From positions 62,001 to 83,779 of the forward strand of contig MEDY01000088.1 in assembly GCA_001724265.1 (NCBI GenBank): a stretch of DNA of 21,779 bases, written 5' to 3'. A model generated the notes under the pieces. It was not told the DNA's origin and made no database searches. It saw only the letters and a program-made list of their open reading frames with translations. Both the position numbers and the translations under genes were made by a program. Shown here piece after piece: positions 1 to 9,584 of this stretch. Positions within the stretch are counted from its first letter, which is position 1; each line of letters opens with the position of its first letter. This stretch comes from Rhizaria sp. SCN 62-66. Lineage: Eukaryota.

Positions 1-111
1 CATTTTTCTGATCTTCATAACGCTTCTTCATGTCTCTCGTTTGTTCTCTTGCTTTCTACCCCTCAGCACAGACTTCATTTATTTGCAGACACAACGCGTG
101 TGACTGCACCG

Positions 112-3100
112 ATGCTAAAAAGCAGTGCCCAGTTGGGCTCACATGCGCTGCCAAGCATCTCCGCGCCCGCGGTTCTGATTGCACGTGCTCTGTATCACAG
201 CTCCCCAACTGCTGTCAATGATGCTAGTTGCGTCATGCAGAACCGTCCGTTCGCACGTCGCATCCACACCTCCACACCGTCCGTTGCATCTGAGGCTGCT
301 GCGTTGCCGCTGCCCGTGCGCGCCCCTGCGCGCGCAATCTCGACCGTGACCCGCGCCAAGCGTCCGCCTTCGACGCCCGCGCCGGGCTACGTGTCGCCAT
401 CGGTGCCCGTGGCGATCACGCTGCGCGACGCGACGGGCCGCGTGATGGAGGGCCACACGCTCGCGGACGCAATGCTCGACGACGTGGCGCTGCACTCTGC
501 GCGCTTCCGCGCCGACCACGCGCGCGCGCCGAAGCTGGCCGTGGTGCTCGTTGGGCGCCGCGCCGACAGCCAGAAGTACGTGCGCGTCAAGCGGCGCACC
601 GCGCTGTGCGTTGGCATTGACACAGACGTGCTCGAGCTGCCGTCGCAGATCTCGATGGACGCGCTGCTGCAGCGCATCACGGCGCTTAACGCGGACGACA
701 CGGTCGACGGCATCATCATCCAGCTGCCGCTTCCCGCGCACCTCGACGCCACGCTCGCGCTGCAGACCGTGGACCCCATCAAGGACGTCGACGGCTTCCA
801 CTACGCCAACCAGGCCTCGCTGCTCGACGCTGATCACTTCAACAAGCAGCCCGCGTTTGGCTTTCGGCCCCACGCCCCCGGCGCGCCCTTCACTGCGCCG
901 GCCGGCGAGAGCGCCACCGCGCCCGTCAGCGCCGCCGCCGCCGTCGCTGCGGCTGAGTCCGCCGCCGTCGCTGCGGGCTACGCGCAGGCGCCGCACCCGC
1001 CGACCGGCGCGCCGGGCCCCGCGCCCGCGACGGTGCCCGCGGCGCGGCCCGCGCTGACGCCGTCGTCCTTCTCGCGCGCCCGCGAGCCCGCGCCGCTGGC
1101 GTCGACGCTGTTCCCCTCGACGCCGCTGGCGTGCCTCGCGCTACTTGACGCCTATGCGATCCCGCTGCGCGGCGCGCACGTGGTGGTGCTGGGCCGCAGC
1201 GCGGTCGTGGGCTTCCCGCTGTCGCTGATGCTGATGCACCGCGGCGCCGCGGTGTCCTCAGCCGACGCCAACGCCGACGCGCAGACGGTGCGCGAGCTCT
1301 GCCAGTCTGCAGATGTCGTCGTCACGGCTGTCGGGAAGCCTGGCTTTGTGACGCAGGACCTTTTGAAGCCTGGCGCGGTCGTGATTGATGTCGGCATCAA
1401 CTTCGTTGACCAGGACGATCTTCCGGTGATGCACCATCTTTCGCCTCTCTACCCAGAGGTTGCTGCCGCGCCGGCGACGACGGGTGACACAAAGACCAGT
1501 GCAAGTACCACTGATACCACGGTTGACATTGCGGCCGCTCACGTTTGTGAGGACGGAGATCGTGTGGTCGCAGGACGTTGTAGCCCTGCTTTCTTGGACT
1601 TCATGTCTCTCTCCAAACCCATCTCTGGCAGCAGCGCCAGCAGTGCAACAGTCACTATGTCTTCGATGACGCACGGACCGACAACAAACACCGCTGGCTC
1701 CGCCACAACTTTCACAGAGTGTCCCGTGCTGTCTGCCGCGGCTACTACGCGGACCGCGCTGGCCGCGCTAGTTTCGCGCGGACTCGACTGCCAATCATCA
1801 TCGTCGTCATCGTTCGCGAGTGCTGCGCATGCCGGCCCCGGTCCACGCTCTGCCACTACGGCGCCGCCGACGACTGCTTCGTTAACTGCGTCCTCCTCCT
1901 CACTTTTCTTTGGCGCGCACCATGGCGCCAACAAGAGTAACTCATTTAACAACAGTGCTGACGCTCCCGCGCATCCACTCAGTACCGCCGCAGCCGACCA
2001 CGGCGAGCATGTTACTGCTGGCACTGGCACCGGTCAGGGCGAGGTGCCGAATGTGACGCTGATGACGTACTGCATCCCGGTGCGTCGCTATGACTGCGTG
2101 GATCGACCCGACCCGCCCGCCGTGTCTGCAGCGGCCGCAGCTGCGACGGCCGCCGCAGCTTCCGCTGCAGCCGCCGCAGCGGCCACTGCAGCCGGTCCGC
2201 TCTTTGGGGCCTCAGGCGCGAGCGCCGGTGCGGGCGCCGCCGCAGCCGCGGAGCAGGGCCCGCGCCATCTGTCCGGCTCGGCAGCTGGTTCGCTTGCGAT
2301 GCGGTCCTCGCACCTCTCGCCGCTGCCGCCGCCACCGCCGCGGGGCGCGCTGGCCGACCCCAGCGACTGGGACCACAAGCCTTATGACATGCGCCATAGC
2401 AGCAACACCGGCAACCCCAGTGTGGGCACCCACGGCGCTCATGCTGCTGAGGCCTCTGTGTCCTCCACGTCCGAGGCCGGCGCTGCCGCTGCTGAGGCGC
2501 TTGACGGCTTTGCACAGGAACCCGCGCCGCCGCGGCCCGGAATGCTTTCTCCGGCAGACGCCGCTGCGCTCGCGGATCTTGAGTCGGGCTCTCCGCCGCG
2601 GTCTGTCACCACGACCGCTGCAGCGCACGGTGCGTTCACGCTGTCCACATCAACGTCTCCGTCTTCGTCGCCTTTTGCAGTCAAGACGGAGTCGGTGACC
2701 ACGTCGGGGGACATCGCGGCCGTGGTCGACACAACTGCCGGGGTGAGTGACGCGTCCGTGCGCCTTGGCAGCGCCGGCAGCTCCGGTGCGATGCTGTCGC
2801 GGCCGTCGGCGTCGCTGCTGCTACCGGACCCCTTTCTGTTCCCCGATCTTGGCGCTACGTTCACTTCGTTCTCCTCCGTCTTCACGTCGTGGACCTCCCC
2901 CGACCTTTTCTCAGCGCCTGCCCACGCCGCTGCTCGCGTTGCGCACGGGCCGCGCGGCGCGGCCAGCGGCGACGGGCTGCCCGAAAGGCCACACCCACAT
3001 GCGGCATTGCCTGGCTCCGGCGTTGTCACGAGTGACTTCACCAGCACAGGTGCTAGTCATGTAGTCGGCGCTGCGCCGCTGGTGACCGTGATGGCCCAAA

Positions 3101-4149
3101 CAACCACGACGGCAACTGCGATTGTTGACAGCCATAGCGCTGACCACGCGGCGTCTGCTGCGCTGGCAGCGGCCTCGGCAACTGCAGGCTCTGCTGCCGC
3201 GGCGTCTGTCTCGCTCGCGCTCGCTGGTCGTGCTGCGCGCCCCCGCGGCACAGCGCACGTTGCCGCCCTGTCCGACAACAGCGCAGACGAATCCGCCCCA
3301 GGCCGGCGCGCCGTGAAGCTCAGCGTGATGGCGGCCTCGCGTGTGACGGTCTTCGGCGCGAGCGCGGAACATGCTGGACAGCCTTTTCCCCTTTCCGTTG
3401 GCCCTGCCGCCGCAAACGCAGGAGCCGTGCTCGTCGGCGCTCCCGGGCACGCGAGCCGTGCGCGCGGCGCTGGGGTCGATCAGTCGACCGATGGCGCGGC
3501 AAGCTCTGACGCCGTGGGCGCTTCTGTGCTTTCGATCCAGCCCGATGATGGCATGTTCAGCGCCGCCACGCACACCACGAACAGCTCAGGCAGTGCAGTC
3601 ACAGTTGATTCCGAGTCGTTCCCGTTTGCTATGCACTCCGCTGGCAACGCGACTGCCGCGATGAACACCGCAGTCATGGACGAAAGTTCCAGCAGTGCGC
3701 TGAAGCAAGTTCCGACCTCCCTCTCGCTGCCTGCATTTGCCACGAGTCCCGCGGTCGCGCCGCTTCCGGAGCGCCGCCCCCCTACAGCCCATGCGCACGC
3801 GCACGCTCCGACGTCAGTTGCAGCGGCGGTGGCCCCCGTCGCCGTGGACGTGATCGGGGCAGGCAAGCGCCGCGGGAGTGGCCACGCTGGGGCTAATGGC
3901 GGGAGCGGGGACAGCAAGCCGCCGGGTGCCGCCGCGGGCAAGCCCGGCGCGCGGCGCGTCGTGATGGTGGGTGATGCTGACTTTGCATCGGTGCTCACCG
4001 TCGCAAAGCTTGCGACCCCGGTGCCTGGCGGTGTTGGGCCTGTAACCGTGGCCACACTGCTGCGCAACACAGTTACAGCAGCGCACCTTGTCGCCAAGCG
4101 CGCGAAGGGACAAGGATTCTTCTCGTTCTTTACGTCTTGGTACAAGTAA
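112..4149 (+). CDS. folD: Methylenetetrahydrofolate dehydrogenase/cyclohydrolase (FolD/MTHFD family), 1345 aa from ATG 112, probably mitochondrial, with two large low-complexity insertions
   Basis: Motifs in order: PKLAVVLVG, SQKYVRVK (YxxxK), VDGIIIQLPLP, KDVDGFH, FPSTP, VVVLGRSAVVGFP, ADVVVTAVGKP, LKPGAVVIDVGINF, then after the insertion VGDADF and TPVPGGVGPVTVATLLRNT. The N-terminus is Arg/Ser/Ala-rich like a presequence. Stop TAA 4147-4149. The start is uncertain because an acceptor-like ttatttgcag ends at 88, so an upstream exon may lie outside the window. Confidence 0.92.
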   Translation: MLKSSAQLGSHALPSISAPAVLIARALYHSSPTAVNDASCVMQNRPFARRIHTSTPSVASEAAALPLPVRAPARAISTVTRAKRPPSTPAPGYVSPSVPVAITLRDATGRVMEGHTLADAMLDDVALHSARFRADHARAPKLAVVLVGRRADSQKYVRVKRRTALCVGIDTDVLELPSQISMDALLQRITALNADDTVDGIIIQLPLPAHLDATLALQTVDPIKDVDGFHYANQASLLDADHFNKQPAFGFRPHAPGAPFTAPAGESATAPVSAAAAVAAAESAAVAAGYAQAPHPPTGAPGPAPATVPAARPALTPSSFSRAREPAPLASTLFPSTPLACLALLDAYAIPLRGAHVVVLGRSAVVGFPLSLMLMHRGAAVSSADANADAQTVRELCQSADVVVTAVGKPGFVTQDLLKPGAVVIDVGINFVDQDDLPVMHHLSPLYPEVAAAPATTGDTKTSASTTDTTVDIAAAHVCEDGDRVVAGRCSPAFLDFMSLSKPISGSSASSATVTMSSMTHGPTTNTAGSATTFTECPVLSAAATTRTALAALVSRGLDCQSSSSSSFASAAHAGPGPRSATTAPPTTASLTASSSSLFFGAHHGANKSNSFNNSADAPAHPLSTAAADHGEHVTAGTGTGQGEVPNVTLMTYCIPVRRYDCVDRPDPPAVSAAAAAATAAAASAAAAAAATAAGPLFGASGASAGAGAAAAAEQGPRHLSGSAAGSLAMRSSHLSPLPPPPPRGALADPSDWDHKPYDMRHSSNTGNPSVGTHGAHAAEASVSSTSEAGAAAAEALDGFAQEPAPPRPGMLSPADAAALADLESGSPPRSVTTTAAAHGAFTLSTSTSPSSSPFAVKTESVTTSGDIAAVVDTTAGVSDASVRLGSAGSSGAMLSRPSASLLLPDPFLFPDLGATFTSFSSVFTSWTSPDLFSAPAHAAARVAHGPRGAASGDGLPERPHPHAALPGSGVVTSDFTSTGASHVVGAAPLVTVMAQTTTTATAIVDSHSADHAASAALAAASATAGSAAAASVSLALAGRAARPRGTAHVAALSDNSADESAPGRRAVKLSVMAASRVTVFGASAEHAGQPFPLSVGPAAANAGAVLVGAPGHASRARGAGVDQSTDGAASSDAVGASVLSIQPDDGMFSAATHTTNSSGSAVTVDSESFPFAMHSAGNATAAMNTAVMDESSSSALKQVPTSLSLPAFATSPAVAPLPERRPPTAHAHAHAPTSVAAAVAPVAVDVIGAGKRRGSGHAGANGGSGDSKPPGAAAGKPGARRVVMVGDADFASVLTVAKLATPVPGGVGPVTVATLLRNTVTAAHLVAKRAKGQGFFSFFTSWYK

Positions 4150-4562
4150 ACACAAAACATGTTCCACCCTCTAAATCGAACAGACAATATTTATTAATCA
4201 TCTTATTCGCTATTTATCACTCATTTTTAAAGATCGATATTCACAAATAAAAACACGTGAAATTACACGACGTATACTAAATGGGACTTTCTCATGTTGG
4301 ATTCGAAAGAAGGTCCATAGGCCGGACACATAAAGATGACAGTCGAATCTCCCACTTTGACGATCGGTAAAACTGCTTACGTCGGCTTCACAAGTACAAT
4401 ATCCTCCTTTCTCTTTTAAAACGATGTATACGAAACGAATTAGTATATTACATGTAGCTAATTTTCGTAAATGCCTCAACACAAGATAGTGCACTGTATC
4501 TTTCAAAAAAGAGTAACACTGTGCACGCGACAGCGCACCGACTTGATGTTTGATTTGCAACG

Positions 4563-6670
4563 TCACTCATTGTCGTCATGGTCACCTTTGCGATCATCAT
4601 TGCCGTCATCGTCGTCAGAGCTGCCCGCCCGCCCCCCCTCAGCGCGCCTGAGGGTGCGTTCCAGCTGCTGCAGGCTGCCGGCCTCATAGCCGAACTTGCG
4701 CACGGCGGTGTTGGGCATGCCTAAGCACCGCGCAAGCGGAAGCGGCAGCCCGAAGACCTCCTGGAAGAGGCGCCGCGCGTTGGCCGCGACGCCGAAGCGC
4801 GAGCAGCGCCGCAGCGCGCGCCGCAGCCCCGCGCCGTCGAGCCCGGCGACGACGGCGCGGCACGCCGCGGCCTCCTTAAGCTTCACAAAGGGCAGCAGGT
4901 CCGCGTCCAGCGCCTGAGTCAGCGCCGCGCGAATCGTCTGCACACGGGTCCCCGCGGCAGCCGAAACGTGGCCCGCGCCAGTGCCAGTGCCAGCGCCAGT
5001 GAGCGCGCCAGCAAGGACGCCCGCGTCGCCCGCGCCAGCGCCAGCGCCGGACGCGGCGAGGGCGGGGCGCGCGCGTTTAACGCGCGACGCGGCCCGGCCT
5101 TCGCTCTCGCCCCCAGAGCCTTCGGCAGCATCGCCGTCGCCGCGCCCGCGCTCACGGCCCTGACCGTCACGACCCGGACCGTCGCGGCCTTGACCGCGTC
5201 CACGGCCGCCGCCACGCTCGCGCCCGCGCGTGGTGGAGGCGCCGACCGCGCCGTTGCGGCGGCTGGACGTGGCGCGTTTGCGGCCTCGATCGCGCGCGGT
5301 GCTGCTGCGGTTGTTGTCATCGTCGAAGTCGTCCTTCTTGTCATCGCCCTCGCTGTCATGGTCGTCGTTGCTGTCGTCGCCAACATCAGCGTCGTCACAT
5401 TCATTGCTGTCGTCACATTCGTCTGAGCACCCTGAGCCGTCGTAGTCGCCGCTTTCGTTTTCGCTCTCACCGTCGCTGGCGCGGCGCAAGGCCCGGCGTG
5501 AAGCGGACCTCCGAGGGGCGGGCCCCTTGCGCTGGGGCGTGCCGTCCGGGCCGGTCATCCAGCCGCCGGCGCCGAGCCCGGCCGTCGTCGTCGACACCAT
5601 GCCCCTGCCGGCCGAGGGCTCCCGCTGCAGCGCGGCCGCGAGCAGCCGCGCCTCAGCTCGCGCCGCGGCCGCCGACTGCGCGGGCAGCGGCGGCGGCGCA
5701 ACGGGCTCGCCCGGCCACACGGACTGCGCGGCCGGGCCGACGGGGCCCGCGGCGTCACTGGCCAGGACCACGGCGCCGGGGCCCGGGGACGCGGCGGCAG
5801 AGCGGGCCGGAGAGGCGGTCGCATCGCGCGGCATCAGCGCGCCGCCCGTCTTCGCAGCCAGCTGTTTGCCGCGCTTGGAGGATTTGAACACCGTGCCGAG
5901 ACGGAGACTGAGTGCACCAGAGATCGTGGGCCGATTATTACGCAACAAAAATGAAGGCAACGGTAGGAGACCGTAGCGGTTGGATAACGCAAATGATGAC
6001 GCTAAGTCAAGTTGGCACGGAAATGGAATACACACGCGGTTGTCGTGCGTTCGCCACATCGCAGACGATGGGTTGCTGATTAAGATGAAAAGAAGAAGAA
6101 AAAAAAAAAGAGGAGCAAACGAACGTAAGATTATCGAATGAGAACTACAAAAAGGAAGATATCAGATCTTTCTATCTGATGCATACGAGTTAACTGTCAC
6201 ATTGTGAGAGCAACATTTGACAAGAGCAACAGATAGAGTTGGATTCATAACGTCTTAGCCCAACCAACGGGTAGATAACAAGAGAGTAAACATATGTTAA
6301 GATGCATGTGGTAAACACAATTGACGCACTCGAGAATGATTTGGTCCCACGTTTCCACCGGCAGCGGCGCGCTGTCCCCGAGCGCGACGCCGGGTCGCGG
6401 ACGGTGGCGCAGCGTGTGGTAGACGTAGTAACCGTCGCGCAGGATCGGCTCCACGCGGTGCAATGCGCGCGTAACAAGTTCCCCGTCAAACTCCACCCCG
6501 GGCTCGCCCGCGTAGTCGGTGCGCAGAGCTGCGGCGATGCGCGACGCAAGCGTATCAGGGTAGTACAGACGCAGACGCGCGAAGTGGTGATGCAACTCCT
6601 GGAGACGGACCAGCCGTGACGGCGTCCAGATCACAGCCAACTTGCGCGCATCAGCATCGTCCGTGTCCAT
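4563..6670 (-). CDS. Two-exon protein of about 617 aa (exons 6670-6330, 6075-4563): Myb/SANT-trihelix-like N-terminal domain, acidic and RG-rich low-complexity middle, short C-terminal helical domain; paralogue of 7314-8944
   Basis: Donor GA|GTGCGT at 6329 and acceptor (long T-tract)...AATCAG| at 6076 join in frame as WDQIILD-NPSSAMWRTHDNRV. The same motif series occurs in the neighbouring gene. Stop TGA. The domain name is by pattern only. Confidence 0.75.
6076..6329 (-). other. Spliceosomal intron, 254 nt, phase 2
   Basis: GTGCGT donor; strong polypyrimidine tract (A/G run at about 6087-6110 on +) followed by CAG; restores the reading frame. Confidence 0.8.
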
Positions 6671-7313
6671 AGCTATAAAGCACGTGTTGCTGATGCGACA
6701 ATTGAGTGTGTAGCGAGAACCTAGTGTGGGATGCGAGCAAGATGAGGGGATGTGAGAGGAGAGCGATTCATACGATGCCCAAACAAGTGCGTAAGAAGCA
6801 TTGAAGAAGTAACGCATTGCACACAGCTAAAAAATAACTAAACGACTGTTATTGTGCGATCACTTATCATAGATATAGAATATGACAGATTTTGCGCACA
6901 CTGTCGAAGTGACTCAAGGAATTTCGGGTCGAGTTCGTAAAACACATACAAAATAGGATAAATCGAAGTGGCCAATATTTTAAAAAGAGAAATCAATTAA
7001 AATGCAACAGAAATACACGAAAACGTCAAAGAATCACAATTCTACGATCACTTTATCGAGTTGCAATGTGCATTATTCCGGTGGAAGGCAGGCGCGCTGC
7101 GAGGCGTCGACCCGTTGGCTGGAAGCTCGAAGAATCGTGGCGAAAGCATAGCATCCTATAGTTCCGCTGCACTATCGATTAAGATAATCAGTTTATGTAA
7201 GTAGTAAGCCTTCTTATTGTTTAATGTAGTGTCTATTGTAGTTTATGGTGTCTACAAGATAAACGGTTCTAGGTATTAGAGGCGGCGTGCCATGAGAGGT
7301 TATGGATGAAGGC

Positions 7314-8944
7314 TTACACCTGGCGTGCTTTCTTGGTGCCTGCATGCGTTGTCGGTGCGTCGTTGTTGTCCGACACGGGGGGCTGCCAGCGCACGTAGCG
7401 GTGCGTCTTGAGATTCATCTGCATCCCGGGCATCTCGCTGGGGTTCATGATGAACCGCTCGTTCTTGGCCATCGCGAACTTGTTCGCGAGCGAGACGGCG
7501 CTCGAGCGCACCGCCTCCTGCGCCGGCGCGTCCTCGGGCGCGGTCGGCGCCGGAGCCGGCACTGCGTTGGCCAGCGCGGCCGCGCCGCGCGGGGGAATCA
7601 GCGAGGGAAGCCAGACCGGCGGCAGGCGGATGATGGAGTGCTGCTGACTCTTTTTGGCGCTGCGACGATTTTCCGACGGCTGCGGCAGGATGTCGTTAGC
7701 ATCAAAGAGCGCATACAGCGCCTCAAACGACGGCCGCACGTGCAACATCCATGGCTGCACGCGACCGGCGCGGTCACGCAAGCGCTCGGCGGGCGGGTGA
7801 CTAGAGTCGGTCAAAAGCCCGAAACAGAAGTGAAAATAGGAGTGGAGTGAGCTAAAACAAAGAGTTTTGCTGTAGCAACAACAAAGAATATACAATAATG
7901 GATTAAACAAGCCAAATGCGGTTCCAATAAACAGCACTGTAAGTAATTGCTCAGTATAGTGCACATTCATACGAATATACGTCAGATTTGTGATGATTAT
8001 CTCAAGATAGTAGACATCCAAACGTACTCGGCGATAATAGCGTCCCACACCTTGGGCGCGATGGGCTCGAAGAAGCCGAAGCCGTCGGCGGGCAGCCCCG
8101 CGCGCCGGCGGTGCGCGCGGTCAAAGTAGACGAAATATTCGTCGGCGTACCAGTCGGCCAGCGTGCGCACGCGGTCACGCACGCCCTTGGCGCTGAAAGG
8201 CAGGTGCATCGTCGTCAGTTTGAGGCTTTTGCCGTAAAGCCTCTTGTCGCCGGTGTAGATCTTGGTCTTGGCGGGGGTCCTTTTGCCCTTGTGGCGTCTT
8301 TCGTCATCATCATCATCTTCTTCTTCACCGTCATCGTCGTCATCGTCGCAGTCGTCGTCATCGTCATCGTCATCGTCGTCACCACCTGCGTCGCCGTCAT
8401 TGTCGTCGCTGACGCCGTCATCGTCGCCGTCATCACCCTCGGCGCCGCTAGCGTTGCCGCTCGCGTTGCTGCTGGCGTTGCCGCTCGCGTTACCGTTCGT
8501 TCTAGCACCCGCGTCCGCGCTCGCAGAGGCGGCGCTCCCTTCACCGTCGGCGGCGGCCCGCTCGGCGACCTCTTGCGCGACGCAGTGGTTCAGGCGGCGC
8601 GCAATCGCGGCAAACAGCACGGCCTGGTCGTGTATGGGTGGGCTGTGGTGCCGCATGTAGTAGCAGTAGAGCTGCATCGCGAGCATCATCGTCGGGACGG
8701 TCCATAGACTGCCCGCTGGCACGGGCGCGTCGGGGCCCGCGTCGTTGGCTGCCGCCCAGTCCGCCGGATTCGCCAGCCCGCGCGGAAGACGCCACCTGCG
8801 CGGCGCGGCAGCTGCAGACTGTGCGGCGACTGAAGTGGCACGTGCTGCCTCCTCGCCTTCAGTGGCAGCTGCAGGGCCAGCTGCAGCGGCTGCGGCCGCG
8901 GTGGCAGCGGCGGCGATGTCAATGACTGATCGAGTCGGGTCCAT
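7314..8944 (-). CDS. Two-exon protein of about 467 aa (exons 8944-8028, 7800-7314): Myb/SANT-trihelix-like domain split by a poly-Asp insertion; paralogue of 4563-6670
   Basis: Donor GA|GTACGT at 8027 and acceptor ...GACTCTAG| at 7801 give in-frame WDAIIAD-HPPAERLRDR. Pattern WT.....LY...LFAAIARRLN...FSAKGVRDRVRTLADWY. Stop TAA. Confidence 0.75.
7801..8027 (-). other. Spliceosomal intron, 227 nt, phase 2
   Basis: GTACGT donor, AT-rich body, pyrimidine-rich 3' end with TAG acceptor; joins ORFs 7997-8992 and 7314-8048 in frame. Confidence 0.8.
8300..8435 (-). repeat. Imperfect GAT/GAC/GAA trinucleotide array encoding a poly-Asp/Glu tract
   Basis: (tca/tcg)n on the + strand; translates on the - strand to DDDDDDDDDCDDDDDDGEEEDDDDDE. 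Confidence 0.85.
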
Positions 8945-9584
8945 ATGGACAGCAGGCTCTCCAGAGAAACGAAGTTGCGGCAGGTGTAACAAAAAAACAA
9001 TAGTTTAACCAACTGCTTCAACGGGTGCACTATCTAAATTGTTAGCTTGTGATCTTTTGATGCGGTGAATAACTTTGCGAGCACGAAGAAGGTCGAGAAT
9101 GTCAGAGAGAAGAATGTGAGTAAATTACAGTCCCTATGATGTGAATACATCGCCACAGAGAGTATTATAAAAATATTATCTAAAAAAACGTGATAACATA
9201 TCCGTATCAGCACGATATGCTCTTTAACGGACATTATAATACACGGTTGACTTTGCCGTACAGCCAATTTGGGCGGCATTGTCACTGTGCCTTGCCATCA
9301 ACGTGGCGAGAAATCGATTTGTGGTGGCAGTGCATGCAGCTCCTGCGTGCGCCTCCTCTAAAACATCTGCAATCTCATCGTTTTACATTTTCATTGTCTT
9401 CTCTTCTGTTATTTCGTTTTGCTCTATCAGTATTATGTGTGTTTTAATGTGTTTTTCTTTTATGTCTCTGAAATCTACGTATTCATACCACAACTCGCAT
9501 CCTTATACTCCTACAGAACATCGCTTTCCCATCAGTATCTCATTTCCTAACTCTTTGACAAAGCACGCTAGACATCAACACGAG

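Noticed and set aside
1408-3960. Intein or mobile element as the source of the FolD insertion
   Set aside because: No N-terminal Cys/Ser splicing block at the junction, no His-Asn terminus, no LAGLIDADG or transposase motifs, no terminal repeats seen; composition is low-complexity.
4210-4566. AT-rich ORFs in spacers (4210-4566 -, 9034-9285 -, 9190-9447 +, 12404-12655 -)
   Set aside because: Composition matches intergenic or UTR DNA, with no motifs or supporting splice structure.
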